Positions 9,018 through 19,631 are shown, counted from the stretch's first letter. The stretch is 64,000 nt of DNA from Deltaproteobacteria bacterium (GCA_040218735.1 JAVJQW010000033.1:213748-277747); one strand, 5' to 3'. Made by a program: numbers and translations. Notes: a model not told the origin generated them from the sequence alone.

Positions 9018-10825
9018 CGCCGTCGCCTTCTCCTGCGCTTCTTCGGCTTCGCTTCCTCTTCCATCGCCTTCATCGCCTCCGCCTCCAGGGCCTCCTGGGC
9101 GATCAGCTCCGGCGTCTTCTCCAGCGTGATGTCGAGGTCGATCGGCTTGCCGCGCTCCGGCGTCAACGTCTGCTCGAACGGGACGTAGCCGAGCTTCTTC
9201 ACCGCGATCTTCGTCTCCTTGTTCGTCCGCACGGACATCGTCGCGGGCGTCAGCGCGACGTTGTTCCCGTCCATCCACAGCTCCGCGCCGACCGGCTCCG
9301 ACTTCACCGCGAGGTTCACGACCGCCCCCGGGAACACCAGGTTCATCGTGCGCTTCGCGCCGGCCTTGATCGCGACGGTGCTCGTCACCGGCGTCTCACC
9401 CTCGATGTTCAGCTCGATGTAATGCGTGACCACCGACTCCAGGTTCTCGATCGTGAGCGGCGTGCGCTTGCCCGTCTCTTCGTCGTCGAGGGTCACCAGC
9501 GCGCCCGGCGGGATCGACTCGATCGTGATCGTCCCGCCCGCGTTGCGGCCGACGAACGCCTCACGGAGCTTGCGCGTCACGAGCCGCTGATTGCGATCCG
9601 ACCACAGCGTGAACACCGCCATCGCGATCACCAGCGCCGCGACCGCCGAGATCACGATCTTGCCGAGCGGCAGTGAGCGGTCGTCCAGCGGCGGCGGCGA
9701 TCCGACCTGCGCGGTCTGGGCGCGTGCCTGCGCCGGTGACATCCGTGGCAACGAGGTGTCGGCCGGAGGCCCGCCGTACATCGGCGCCGGCATGTCCGTC
9801 GGCGGACCGCCGTACATCGCGGCCACGATCGGTTCGTCGGCGGCGACCGGCTCGGGGTGCGTGGGCGCCGGCCGACTCGAAGACGCGTCGACGAAGCCCG
9901 CGGGGCGCATCATCGTGTCCACGGGGGGGCCGCCCGTGCCGGAGAGCTCACGTCGCGCGGCGGTGTCGGCCTGGCGGTCGACGCCCGCCTCCGAGCCGAG
10001 CACCATCGCGAGCAACGTCGCGAGCCGCGTCGAGGAGTACGTGGGGTCGCCGCCGTAGAGGATGCGCGCGAGCTCGTCGCGGAAGACGGCCGCGGACGCG
10101 TGGCGCTGATTCGGATCTGCGAGCAACGCGCGGTCGATGGTCATCGCGAGCGCGGGCGGGACGTGGGGCGCCGCCTGCACCAGCGGCTCCGCGCGGTTGG
10201 GATCGGGTTCGCGGCCCGCGAGCATCGTCCACACCAGGCGCGCGACGGCGTAAACGTCCGTGCGCGCGTCGACGATCCCGCCGTTCAGCTCGGGGGCGAT
10301 CGTGCGCGGTGAAACCGGGGGCGCGGGGCGGGTCGACGACTGCGCGTAGAAGAAGTTGCTCAACCGCACGCGACCGTCGTGTCCGATGACGACGGCGTCG
10401 GCGTTCACATCGCAGTGCACGACGCGGAGGGGGCCCCCCTCCGGGGTGCGCGCCTGGTGGACCGCTTCGAGCCCGGCGAGGAGCTCCATCGCGATGAACG
10501 TCGCGGCGCTCGGATCGATCGCGACGCCCGAGGCGCGCGACTTCTCCATCAGCACCGAGAGCGGGCGTCCGGCGATCGCCGTCTGCACGACGTAGACGCC
10601 GTCGGCGTCCTGGTCGATGTCGACGACGCGCGCGACGACGTGGTGATCGATGTGCGCCGCGATCGTCGCGCCTTCGACCAGCGACGACTCCGCGTCGCGG
10701 CCGAGCCCGCGCAGCAGCTCGACGTCGCGCACGACGCCGCCGGCCACTTCGTACGCGCGAAACATTCGCGCGACCTCGGTTTGGCGAAGCTCTTCGAAGA
10801 CGTGGTATCGGCCGACGCGCTGCAA
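9014..10825 (-). CDS. Membrane Ser/Thr pseudokinase with two PEGA domains
   Basis: Hanks-type fold with degenerate motifs (VVHCDVNADAV, RLSNFF, IAPE, DARTDVYA); Pro-rich linker, one TM helix, PEGA repeats ITIESIPPGALV and VKSEPVGAEL. Confidence 0.8.
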   Translation of the reverse strand: MQRVGRYHVFEELRQTEVARMFRAYEVAGGVVRDVELLRGLGRDAESSLVEGATIAAHIDHHVVARVVDIDQDADGVYVVQTAIAGRPLSVLMEKSRASGVAIDPSAATFIAMELLAGLEAVHQARTPEGGPLRVVHCDVNADAVVIGHDGRVRLSNFFYAQSSTRPAPPVSPRTIAPELNGGIVDARTDVYAVARLVWTMLAGREPDPNRAEPLVQAAPHVPPALAMTIDRALLADPNQRHASAAVFRDELARILYGGDPTYSSTRLATLLAMVLGSEAGVDRQADTAARRELSGTGGPPVDTMMRPAGFVDASSSRPAPTHPEPVAADEPIVAAMYGGPPTDMPAPMYGGPPADTSLPRMSPAQARAQTAQVGSPPPLDDRSLPLGKIVISAVAALVIAMAVFTLWSDRNQRLVTRKLREAFVGRNAGGTITIESIPPGALVTLDDEETGKRTPLTIENLESVVTHYIELNIEGETPVTSTVAIKAGAKRTMNLVFPGAVVNLAVKSEPVGAELWMDGNNVALTPATMSVRTNKETKIAVKKLGYVPFEQTLTPERGKPIDLDITLEKTPELIAQEALEAEAMKAMEEEAKPKKRRRRRRR

Positions 10826-10854
10826 GGCGCCCGAATCCTAACCGGCCCCGGGGA

Positions 10855-12522
10855 TTGGCGCCAAAACGCCCGGGAGGGTGGGGGCGGGCGCCCCCGAGGG
10901 GGTGGTCTTGGTCGGCGCGGCAGGGCAAGTTGCTGCGCGTGTTCCTCCTGCTCGAAGAGGTCGGGTCGGGCGCCGCCGGCACCGCCCACCTCGCGGTCCG
11001 CTCCGACGTGCGGACCGACGAGCTCTTCGTGGTCAAGCGGCTGCGCCCGGAGGTCGCGGCGCAGCCGGAGCACCTCCAGCGCTTCTCCCACGAGGCCCGG
11101 ATCGCGGTCATGGTCGACCACCCGAACGTCGTCCAGGTCGTCGACGTCGTCATGGGCGCGCAGTGTCCGTACCTCGTCATGCGCTACGTCGAGGGCCCGA
11201 CGCTGGCGGCGCTGCTGCGCGAGCTGCGTTTGTCACAGCAACGGCTCTCGGTACCGGCCGCCGTCGGCCTCGTCCGCGACGCGCTCGCGGGGCTGCACGC
11301 GCTCCACGAGGCGCGGCACCCCGAGACGGGGGAGTCGATCGGCTTCGTGCACCGCGACCTGTCACCTCGCAACCTGATCGCGACGCGCGACGGGACGGTC
11401 TGCCTGATCGACCTGGGCCTCGGGCGCTCGCGGCTCGGGGAGTGGCAGACGGAGGCCGGCCGCATCATGGGGTCGCTCGGGTACATGCCGCCGGAGCAGA
11501 TCCGCGGCGTCGCCGTCGATCACCGCGCTGACCTGTGGTCCATCGCGTCGGTGTTGTTCGAGCTCCTGACGCTCGAACAGTTCGTCCCGGGGCGCGGTCG
11601 TCAGCGTGCGCTCAACACACTCGAGACGAGCCCGCGCTCGCTGCGGAGCCTTCGCGACGACGTCCCCGAAGGGCTCGACGAAGTCGTGATGCGCGCGCTC
11701 TCGATGACACCCGCGGCGCGCTTCGAGTCGGCGGCGTCGTTCGCGCGCGCGCTCGCGGAGACCGTGCCCGAGCGTGCGCCCGCCGAAGTCACTTCGGTCG
11801 TCGACTTCCACTTCGGCGAAGAGCTCGACGAACGCGCCCGTCGCCTCCGCGAGGTCGCGCTGACCGTCGTCGCGCCGAGCCCGATCGCCGAGAGCTACGA
11901 GCGCATCGCTTCGCGGCCCTCCGCGGAGGACCCCACGGAGTTCGGGGTCTTCGACGCGACGCAGGTGCGGCCCGCGCCTACGCGCGTGGAACGGCCCAGC
12001 ACCCCCTCCGAAGTGCTGCAGCCGTCGGTCGTGGCTCCGCGTCGGTCGACGCCGTGGGCGGCGCTTGCCGTGCTCGCCGCGATCTTCAGCGTCGCGGCGG
12101 TGGTGTACCTGTGGAGTCGGGCTCCGGCCGAGCCGGCGCCGTCGGTGCCGCGGACCTTGGTCGAGGTGAAGCCGCGTGCGCGCGGGGTGCCGAGCGTCGT
12201 CGCGCCCGAACCTTCGCGACGGGATGTCGCGCGCGCCACGACGTCGAGGCAAACACGTCCGCCGAGCGCGAAGGCGCCTCCGCCCATCGCACCGGTCGAC
12301 GCCGGCGTCGCGCCCGCGGTGGAGCCCCCCGCGCCCCCCTCACGGCGTGAGCGCGTCGCGCGGTTGTCGAAGCGACTCCAGTCGTTGCGCGCCGAACACG
12401 GCGACGCGGCCGAGCGCCTGATCATGCAGCTGACGGCGCTCGATCTGGTGACCGACGAAGTCCGTCACGCGGAGCAGCTCGCGCGCATCGAGCGCGAGGT
12501 CGCTGCGCTCGACGGGCCCTGA
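10855..12522 (+). CDS. Membrane Ser/Thr protein kinase (Hanks type)
   Basis: GSGAAG, FVVKRL, HRDLSPRN, IDLG, GSLGYMPPEQ, RADLWS; TM helix. True start may be nearer 10930-10939. Confidence 0.9.
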   Translation: MAPKRPGGWGRAPPRGWSWSARQGKLLRVFLLLEEVGSGAAGTAHLAVRSDVRTDELFVVKRLRPEVAAQPEHLQRFSHEARIAVMVDHPNVVQVVDVVMGAQCPYLVMRYVEGPTLAALLRELRLSQQRLSVPAAVGLVRDALAGLHALHEARHPETGESIGFVHRDLSPRNLIATRDGTVCLIDLGLGRSRLGEWQTEAGRIMGSLGYMPPEQIRGVAVDHRADLWSIASVLFELLTLEQFVPGRGRQRALNTLETSPRSLRSLRDDVPEGLDEVVMRALSMTPAARFESAASFARALAETVPERAPAEVTSVVDFHFGEELDERARRLREVALTVVAPSPIAESYERIASRPSAEDPTEFGVFDATQVRPAPTRVERPSTPSEVLQPSVVAPRRSTPWAALAVLAAIFSVAAVVYLWSRAPAEPAPSVPRTLVEVKPRARGVPSVVAPEPSRRDVARATTSRQTRPPSAKAPPPIAPVDAGVAPAVEPPAPPSRRERVARLSKRLQSLRAEHGDAAERLIMQLTALDLVTDEVRHAEQLARIEREVAALDGP

Positions 12523-12526
12523 ATCT

Positions 12527-13315
12527 TCAGCACCCGGGCGGGCAGTCGGCGGGTCCGACGCAGGCGCACTCGGCGGGGTCCTGTCGGCTCACGAAGACCG
12601 CGGCGCCGACGCCCGCGGCGACCGCGACGCCGACGCCGATCCACAGCCACGGCGACGTGAGCACGGACGCGTCGCGGCTCAGCTGGATCTCCACGGACTG
12701 ATCACCACCCGGTGCGGCCACGAGGGTTCGCTGCTCCGGTTCGAAGCCTTCGCGTCGGACGTCGAGGGTCACGTCGCCGGGTGCGACCCAGAACGTGCCG
12801 TCGGCGTCCCGTCGTGCGGCGGTGGTGACTTGGATGTCGGCGTCCTCGGGCTCCGCGCGCACCGTCAGCCGAGCGAGGCGTTCGAAGCCCGCGGCGTCGA
12901 GCGCGTCGTCCACCTGTTTGTCGACGCGTCTCAGCGGCGGGAGCTCGCCGTCGCCGAGGCTGCGGTGAACGAGCTTCTGTTCGTCGACGTCGATCAGCAG
13001 CGTGCCGACGAGCGGCGGATCCACCGTGGTGTTCGCGATGACCACGACCAGGTAACGCGCAGTGAACGCCCGCGCGACGCGCGCGAGGCAGGCCGCCTCG
13101 ATCGCGCAGTCCCCGAGGGCCCGGATCGTCTCGCGCGGTGTGGTCAGGAACTGCGACCGTGACACGACCTCGATCCCCGCGCGCCGCGTGGCGATCGCTT
13201 CGACGTGTGCGTGTACGGCGTCGGCGCTGATGTCCCCCGCCTCGGTCTTCACGACCGGGAACACCGCGAGCTCGGAGGCCGAAGCGACGAGCAGCGTGAA
13301 GACGGCGGTGTTCAC
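12527..13315 (-). CDS. Exported PEGA-domain protein with C-terminal TM and Cys-rich tail
   Basis: Signal-like N-terminus, DCAIEAACLARVA motif, PEGA-like RLTVRAEPEDA...VRREGFEP, TM PWLWIGVGVAVAAGV. Confidence 0.7.
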   Translation of the reverse strand: MNTAVFTLLVASASELAVFPVVKTEAGDISADAVHAHVEAIATRRAGIEVVSRSQFLTTPRETIRALGDCAIEAACLARVARAFTARYLVVVIANTTVDPPLVGTLLIDVDEQKLVHRSLGDGELPPLRRVDKQVDDALDAAGFERLARLTVRAEPEDADIQVTTAARRDADGTFWVAPGDVTLDVRREGFEPEQRTLVAAPGGDQSVEIQLSRDASVLTSPWLWIGVGVAVAAGVGAAVFVSRQDPAECACVGPADCPPGC

Positions 13316-16035
13316 CGGGGCTCCACCGCGATGATGCGTTCACCTTCGCCACCGATCACGGCGAAGTCCCCGGAGACCGCGTGCCCCCCGACGTAGGAGA
13401 ATGGCGCGAAGTGGCGCGGTCCACCGCGCGGTTCGATCGTGCCGTCGTCGTAGCGATAGATCAGCGTCCCGTCCGAGAACCGCAGCGCGCCGGTGGGGCG
13501 GATCCAGTTCAGGCGTTTCGAGAAGCCGCGGGCTTCGGCTTCGGTGCTGTCGATAGCGATGGGGCCGACGCGGAGCGAGGGCCCGCCGCCTTCGAGGCGG
13601 GAGGGGCGAACGGCGAGGCGCACCGATCCGCTGAGCGTCGTCCCGATGCCCATCACGACGGCGCGGTCGGCGCACCAGGCGTCCACGGTGAACGGGACGA
13701 CGCGGGTGCCGTCGTCGGGGGTCCAGGTCGCGGCGATGCGGTCGTCCCAGAACCCCTCGACCACGAGCTTTCGCTCCGGGCGCCAGGCGACGCGACCCAC
13801 GAGCCCGTCGCCGACCAGCCACGCGACGCCGTCCGTTCCGTCGATCGCTTCGAACGTCTCGGGGCTGGGTTGGAGCTCGATGACCGAAGTGCTCGGGTCG
13901 TCCCACTCGACGGTCAGCAGCTCGAGCGAGGATCCGATCAGCGAAAACACGTTGCCGCGTGAATCGAGGAGCACGAAGACATCGTCCGCGAGCGCCGCGC
14001 CGCCGATGAACATCGACGGGTTCGCGATCGGCGGGATGTACTCGTCGACGACGCGCCCTTGTTCGAGATCGATGTCGAGGATCGATACACGATACGGCGC
14101 CGAGGGGGGGAGGCACGGCGTCCGCCACGTGCCGCGGATCCGGCAGCGCCACAGCAGCGCGCGGTGCGTCGCGACGAGCGCTCGGTTCGGCGCGCCCGGG
14201 GACACGAGGGCGAGGTCCGCGTGGCTGTCCGGGGTCGGTGGGTAGCCGGCGATGTCGAGGGTCTCGCGGGTGATGTCGCCGCGCCGGGTGTAGCGCTCTG
14301 CCCGAGCGCCGAAGGCGACGATCGTCCCGGGCTCGGTCGGTGCGAGCGCCGTCATCGGTCCGCGGCGCGCGGTGCCGTTGGCGTAGACCGGCGCGAAGGT
14401 CGTCATCCCCGGTGCGCGTCGGTACATGTCGCGCGACGCGGTGACCGCGAGCGCCCAGTCGTCGGACGTGTAGAGATCGAGCACCGGATCCGCCGCCTCG
14501 TCGAACAGCTCGGGCGCGTCCCCAACCCACGGCTGCCCGAGGCCTTCATGCCGTGCGGTCTCGGCGCCGGCGACCGTATCGATCGCGAAGTCACCGAAGC
14601 CCCACAGCGAACGTGCGCGCTCGCCCTCGGCGGAGATCGACGTGCACAGCGCATCGATCGCCTTCGCGGTCTCGAACGCTGTCAGCGGCGAAGTGAAGTC
14701 TGCCGTCGATCGAACGCCGGCGAGGCTCGTCGACCAGAGCACACCGGTGACGTGCCTCGAGGAGGCCCCTGTGGGGCGGGTGCCCGTCGAGCAGACGTAC
14801 AACATGCCGTCCGACGTCAGCGCGACACCATCCACGACGTCGTGCGCGTACGCGTTGTCGTTGATGAGGAAGTTGAAGATCGAGAGCCCGGGGTGGCACT
14901 CCCAGCGGCCGTCGGCGGTGTTGCGCGCGTAGAGCTGACCGCGGTCGCCGATGAAGAACGAGGTGCCGACGGTGCTCGTCACCGCGACCCCGCGGGTGAA
15001 GTCGAACGTCGTCTCGTCGCAGGTCCCCGAGCCGGAGGGTTGCTCCGTGCATTCGTACTGCCCGGCGGCCGCCGTGGTGCACCGGTAGAAGCCGTGTCGC
15101 GGCGCGCGCTCCGGTTGGACGACGCCGGCCAGGTACACGTCGCCGCTCGCGTCCGCGAGGAGGGCGGGGCCGCCCAAGCTCGGGAGACCGTCCGCCTGTG
15201 TCACGACGAGGTCCTTCGCGACGTGAACGTAAGTGGCCTCCGCGGTCGCGCGGTCGGGGTCGTCGAGCGCGAGCAGCAACCCGTCGTGCACCCGGGCCGA
15301 CGCGAGGACCTGCCCGCCGAGCTCGGGTACGGCGGCGGAGCGGACCGTGCCGTCGGCCGTGATGGCGGCGACGTGGCCCGGGGTGATCGCGAGCGCGGTG
15401 CCGTCGTCGAACAGGTGATGAACGGAGGCAGCGATGCGGGGCTCGTCCGCGTCGATCTGCACGATCTCGAGATCCTGCGCGGTCTTCAGCGGAGGATCCT
15501 CACAGCCGCACGCGCCGGGGGTGCGGACGAAGACACGGGCCGCCGTTTCGCGCACGACGTCTGCGTCCTCGATCGTCTTCGGCCCGTCGTCGTTCTCGAA
15601 GACTTCGACGTCGGCGAACGGCGGGACCGCGCAGACGTCACCGGGCGACAGGCGCTGCGGCGAGGTCAACGCGTCGTAGGTGCAGCGACCGCAGCCACCG
15701 ACGGACGACGTCGAGACCTCCAGCGCGGCGAGCGCGGCGTCGTCGAGCGGGCGACCGCTCGCGTCGACGAAAGAGCCGGCCGCGAACCTCCACACGACCA
15801 TCTTGGCGCCGGGCGGCCACGCGATGCGTACCGAGGTCTGCGCGTCGATGCGGGCGACTTCGAGCGTGCCGTCGTCGACCACGGCGACGACCAAGACCTC
15901 CCCCGGCTCGGGTTCGAGGGGGACGCGGTGTTGAACGTCGGAGCACGCGGCGGCGACGAACGCGAAGAGCGCGATGGACGAACGGTAGAGCACCGGCGCG
16001 TTGGCGAGCGTACCGGACCGATTCGTGGCGGTCAC
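13312..16035 (-). CDS. Large hypothetical lipoprotein (Cys-rich N-domain, probable beta-propeller)
   Basis: 907-aa ORF with lipobox AAAC, CGRC/CGC motifs and beta-rich repeats; 4-bp overlaps with mfd and with the PEGA gene. Confidence 0.65.
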   Translation of the reverse strand: MTATNRSGTLANAPVLYRSSIALFAFVAAACSDVQHRVPLEPEPGEVLVVAVVDDGTLEVARIDAQTSVRIAWPPGAKMVVWRFAAGSFVDASGRPLDDAALAALEVSTSSVGGCGRCTYDALTSPQRLSPGDVCAVPPFADVEVFENDDGPKTIEDADVVRETAARVFVRTPGACGCEDPPLKTAQDLEIVQIDADEPRIAASVHHLFDDGTALAITPGHVAAITADGTVRSAAVPELGGQVLASARVHDGLLLALDDPDRATAEATYVHVAKDLVVTQADGLPSLGGPALLADASGDVYLAGVVQPERAPRHGFYRCTTAAAGQYECTEQPSGSGTCDETTFDFTRGVAVTSTVGTSFFIGDRGQLYARNTADGRWECHPGLSIFNFLINDNAYAHDVVDGVALTSDGMLYVCSTGTRPTGASSRHVTGVLWSTSLAGVRSTADFTSPLTAFETAKAIDALCTSISAEGERARSLWGFGDFAIDTVAGAETARHEGLGQPWVGDAPELFDEAADPVLDLYTSDDWALAVTASRDMYRRAPGMTTFAPVYANGTARRGPMTALAPTEPGTIVAFGARAERYTRRGDITRETLDIAGYPPTPDSHADLALVSPGAPNRALVATHRALLWRCRIRGTWRTPCLPPSAPYRVSILDIDLEQGRVVDEYIPPIANPSMFIGGAALADDVFVLLDSRGNVFSLIGSSLELLTVEWDDPSTSVIELQPSPETFEAIDGTDGVAWLVGDGLVGRVAWRPERKLVVEGFWDDRIAATWTPDDGTRVVPFTVDAWCADRAVVMGIGTTLSGSVRLAVRPSRLEGGGPSLRVGPIAIDSTEAEARGFSKRLNWIRPTGALRFSDGTLIYRYDDGTIEPRGGPRHFAPFSYVGGHAVSGDFAVIGGEGERIIAVEPR

Positions 16036-19000
16036 GTGATCGCGCGCTGCTTCTCGCTCAGCAGCTGGCTCAGCTGGTCCTTCACCTGCGTGATGATCTC
16101 GCGCGGGTCCTCGAACGGCGACAGGTAGACCATGAGTTTGCCCTCGGGCGTGACCTTCCGGCGGCGAGCGTCCTGCTGCACGTACTTCACGAGGGCCGCG
16201 GGGCTCAGCTCGGTCTGGCCTTCGTCGAACCGGACCACGAAGCGCGGCGGCATCGCCTTGGTCTCGGCGCCGTAGTCGAGGCCGATCGCGCCGACCCGCC
16301 AGAGGCGTTGCTTCACGAGCATGACCTCCGCGAGGTTCTCCACCTCGGCGGGCGGGTTGCCGTAGAGGTCGGTGATCTCCTGCAAGAGGTCGTAGGTGCG
16401 CTCGTCGGTCTCCGCGTTGTTGAAGCGCTGATAGAACGACAGCCGCTCGCCCGGCGCGGGCACGTAGGCGTCCGGGATGAAGGCCGGCACGGGGATCTGG
16501 ATCTCCGGCTCCTTGAGCGACTTGCGCGCCGAACCTTGCAGCTCGTCGATCGCCTCCTTGAGGAGCGCTTGGTACATGTCGAAGCCGATCGCCGCGATGG
16601 TGCCGGCCTGCTGCTTGCCGAGGATGTTGCCGGCGCCGCGGATCTCGAGGTCCTTCGACGCGACTTGGAAGCCCGCGCCCAGCTCGGTGAACCGCTGGAG
16701 CACCGCGATCCTCGCGCGCGCCTTCTTGGTGAGGTTACCCGCCGGGATGAGGAAGTGCGCGTAGCCGCGGGTCTTCGAACGGCCGACGCGACCCTTGAGC
16801 TGGTAGAGCTGCGCGAGCCCGAGCCGGTCGGCGCGGTTGATGACGATCGTGTTGGCGTTGGGGATGTCGATGCCGCTCTCGATGATCGTCGTGGAGAGGA
16901 GCACGTTGGTCTTCTTCTCCATGAAGTCGACCATCACGCGCTCCAGGCGGTCCTCGGACATCTGCCCGTGACCGACGCCGATGCGCGCCTCCGGGATCAG
17001 ACGCTCGAGCATCTTCGCGAAGGCGTAGATCGACGACACGCGGTTGTGCACGACGAAGGCCTGCCCGCCGCGCCGGAGCTCGTCGATGATCGCCTTGCGG
17101 ATCACCTCCTCGGAGAACTTGTGCACCTCGGTCTTCACGGCGAGGCGGTCCTGCGGCGCCGTGGCGATCATCGACATGTCACGCACGCCCATGAAACCCA
17201 TGTGTAGCGTGCGGGGGATGGGTGTCGCGGAGAGCGCGAGCACGTGGACCTGCGCGCGATACTTCTTGAGGCGCTCCTTGTGTGAGACGCCGAAGCGGTG
17301 CTCCTCGTCGATCACCAGCAGGCCGACGTCGTTGAACTTCACGTCCTTGTTCAGGAGGCGGTGGGTGCCGATGACGATGTCGATCTTCCCGTCCTTCAGC
17401 GCCTCGAACGTCTTCTTGATCTCCTCCTTCGACTGGAAGCGCGACACGATCGCGATCTCGACGGGGTAGTTCTCGAAGCGCTTCTTGAAGACGGAGAAGT
17501 GCTGCGCGGCGAGGACCGTGGTCGGCACCAGGATGGCGACCTGCTTGCGACCGAGCACGGCCATCATCGCCGCGCGCATCGCGACCTCGGTCTTGCCGTA
17601 CCCGACGTCGCCGCAGATCAGCCGGTCCATCGGGTGCGGTTTCTGCATGTCGGCGATCGTGTCCTCGATCGCCTTCGCCTGGTCCGGTGTGGGTTCGAAC
17701 TCGAACTCGGCCTCGAACTGCCGGTAGACCTCGTCCGGTGACTCGAACGCGTGCCCCTCTTGCGACGCGCGCACCGCGTACAGGCGCAGCAGCTCCGCCG
17801 CCATCTTGAGGAGGGTGTCCTTGACGCGCTTCTTGGTCTTCGCCCACGACGTGCCGCCGAGTTTGTCGAGCGCGGGGCTTCGACCCTCCGACGCGGTGAC
17901 GTACTTGGAGATCAGCCGGAGGCGATGGACGGGTAAGTAGAGTTTGTCGCCGCCCTTGTATTCGATCTCCAGGTAGTCGGAGTCGACGCCGTTCACGGCG
18001 AGCTTGGTCATCGCCTTGTAGTGACCGATGCCGTAGTCGACGTGCACCACGTAGTCACCGGGCTGGAGGTCCTTGAGGTCCGAGACGAACTCACCGGCCG
18101 CCGGCGTGCGCCGCCGTCGCCGCTTCATTCGACGGCCGAAGATCTCCTCCTCCGCGATGACCGCGAGGTGCGCGCTCGGGAGCACGAACCCACCGCTGAT
18201 GTCACCGAGCACGAGCCACGCGTGCACGGAACGATCGCGTAACCCACGCGCCGATCGGTGCTCTTTCGCGGTGGCCTTCGCCTGCAGGAACTCAGGCAGC
18301 GAAAAGGGCACCTTCGAGCGCCGCACGCTGACGTTCTTCGGCTCGAGGAGCTGGCGCATCCGCTCCGCCTGCCCGCGGGTGTGGCAGACGATCAGCGTGG
18401 TCAGGCCTTCGCTCTGCCACTTGCGCAGCCGCTCGACGAGCGGCGCGAGGACGTCTTCGCTGTCGCTCCTCGACCGGCTCGCGCGGAGGATCTCGGAGCG
18501 CACCTCCTCGGTGGTCTGGTACTTCACCCGCAGCGGTTCGACGTCGCCGAACACGACGTCCGGCATGTCGACGCGTCGCTCGGACTTCGTCGCGCGCTGC
18601 AGCACGAGGTCGCCGTCTTCGACGTGAGCGCTCGGCTCCACCGCGACCTGGTGCGCGGTGAGCGCGCGCTCGTAACCCAGGCGCGCCTCGTCGAGGAGGT
18701 CCATCGACGTGGTCTCGATCCCCTCCGGCTGGGACACGAGGTAGACGACGTCGTCGCCCTTCATCAGGTATTCGTCGATGCCGACGAGGCCCTGCGCGTG
18801 GAACAGCGGTAGGTACGCCTCGATCCCGAAGAAGTGGATGTGGTTCTGGATGTCGTCGAGGATCGCGTTGAGCTTGCGCGTGGGGATCAGCGTCTCTTCG
18901 GCGAGGGTCTCGATGCGATCGATGGCGTGCTGCGCGACCTCGTCGGTGAAGACGATCTCCCGCGCCGGGAGGAGCACCGCGTCCTCCACGTGATCCTGGG

Positions 19001-19631
19001 CGCGCTGGGAGGCCGGGTCGAAGAGGCGCAGCGAATCGATCGTGTCGCCGAAGAGATCGAGCCGCACCGGGAGCGCGCGATGGGGGCTGTAGACGTCGAT
19101 GATGCCGCCGCGCACCGAGAAGGTGCCGGGGTCCTCGACCTTCGACACCGAGTTGTAGCCGGACGCGACGAGCTTCGCGAGGAGCGCCTTGCGGTCGATC
19201 TCCTCGTCCTTCATCACGTACTCACCCGCGTCGTCGAAGAACCCGGGCGGGACGTGTTTCTTCACGAACGCGTGGGGCGTCACGACCGCCGCCCGCACGG
19301 TCTTGGGTTCCTTCGCGAGTCGATACAGCGCGTTGATGCGCTCCATCACCGCGACGGTGTCGGGTGAGTACTCCTCGTACGGTGACTTCTCGTCCGCGCC
19401 GACGAACACGAGGCCACGGTCGCGCGCCTCTTCGTCGGTCGTCGCCAACATGAACGCGAGGTCGCGGTAGAGCGCCTCCGCGTCGGTCTGATCCTTCGCG
19501 ACGAGGATGGGGCGTTTGCCGTGGGCGATGAGCTCCGCCGCGACCTGAGCGCGGAGCGCGCCGTCGACGTGCGGCAGTTGGATGCGGCGCTGCTTCTCGA
19601 GCTCGCGCAGGATGAGGGCCGCCGGCGTCAC
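16032..19631 (-). CDS. mfd: Transcription-repair coupling factor
   Basis: UvrB-like FSVRGGIIDV; CarD/RID GDYVVHVDYGIG; helicase DRLICGDVGYGKTEVA, DEEHRFGV, LSATPIPRTL, GLAQLYQLKGRVGRS, DLEIRGAGN; TRCF domain. Confidence 0.97.
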   Translation of the reverse strand: MTPAALILRELEKQRRIQLPHVDGALRAQVAAELIAHGKRPILVAKDQTDAEALYRDLAFMLATTDEEARDRGLVFVGADEKSPYEEYSPDTVAVMERINALYRLAKEPKTVRAAVVTPHAFVKKHVPPGFFDDAGEYVMKDEEIDRKALLAKLVASGYNSVSKVEDPGTFSVRGGIIDVYSPHRALPVRLDLFGDTIDSLRLFDPASQRAQDHVEDAVLLPAREIVFTDEVAQHAIDRIETLAEETLIPTRKLNAILDDIQNHIHFFGIEAYLPLFHAQGLVGIDEYLMKGDDVVYLVSQPEGIETTSMDLLDEARLGYERALTAHQVAVEPSAHVEDGDLVLQRATKSERRVDMPDVVFGDVEPLRVKYQTTEEVRSEILRASRSRSDSEDVLAPLVERLRKWQSEGLTTLIVCHTRGQAERMRQLLEPKNVSVRRSKVPFSLPEFLQAKATAKEHRSARGLRDRSVHAWLVLGDISGGFVLPSAHLAVIAEEEIFGRRMKRRRRRTPAAGEFVSDLKDLQPGDYVVHVDYGIGHYKAMTKLAVNGVDSDYLEIEYKGGDKLYLPVHRLRLISKYVTASEGRSPALDKLGGTSWAKTKKRVKDTLLKMAAELLRLYAVRASQEGHAFESPDEVYRQFEAEFEFEPTPDQAKAIEDTIADMQKPHPMDRLICGDVGYGKTEVAMRAAMMAVLGRKQVAILVPTTVLAAQHFSVFKKRFENYPVEIAIVSRFQSKEEIKKTFEALKDGKIDIVIGTHRLLNKDVKFNDVGLLVIDEEHRFGVSHKERLKKYRAQVHVLALSATPIPRTLHMGFMGVRDMSMIATAPQDRLAVKTEVHKFSEEVIRKAIIDELRRGGQAFVVHNRVSSIYAFAKMLERLIPEARIGVGHGQMSEDRLERVMVDFMEKKTNVLLSTTIIESGIDIPNANTIVINRADRLGLAQLYQLKGRVGRSKTRGYAHFLIPAGNLTKKARARIAVLQRFTELGAGFQVASKDLEIRGAGNILGKQQAGTIAAIGFDMYQALLKEAIDELQGSARKSLKEPEIQIPVPAFIPDAYVPAPGERLSFYQRFNNAETDERTYDLLQEITDLYGNPPAEVENLAEVMLVKQRLWRVGAIGLDYGAETKAMPPRFVVRFDEGQTELSPAALVKYVQQDARRRKVTPEGKLMVYLSPFEDPREIITQVKDQLSQLLSEKQRAIT

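Noticed and set aside
14059-16128. 689-aa plus-strand ORF
   Set aside because: Antisense shadow of the lipoprotein gene; Arg/Gly-rich with no motifs.
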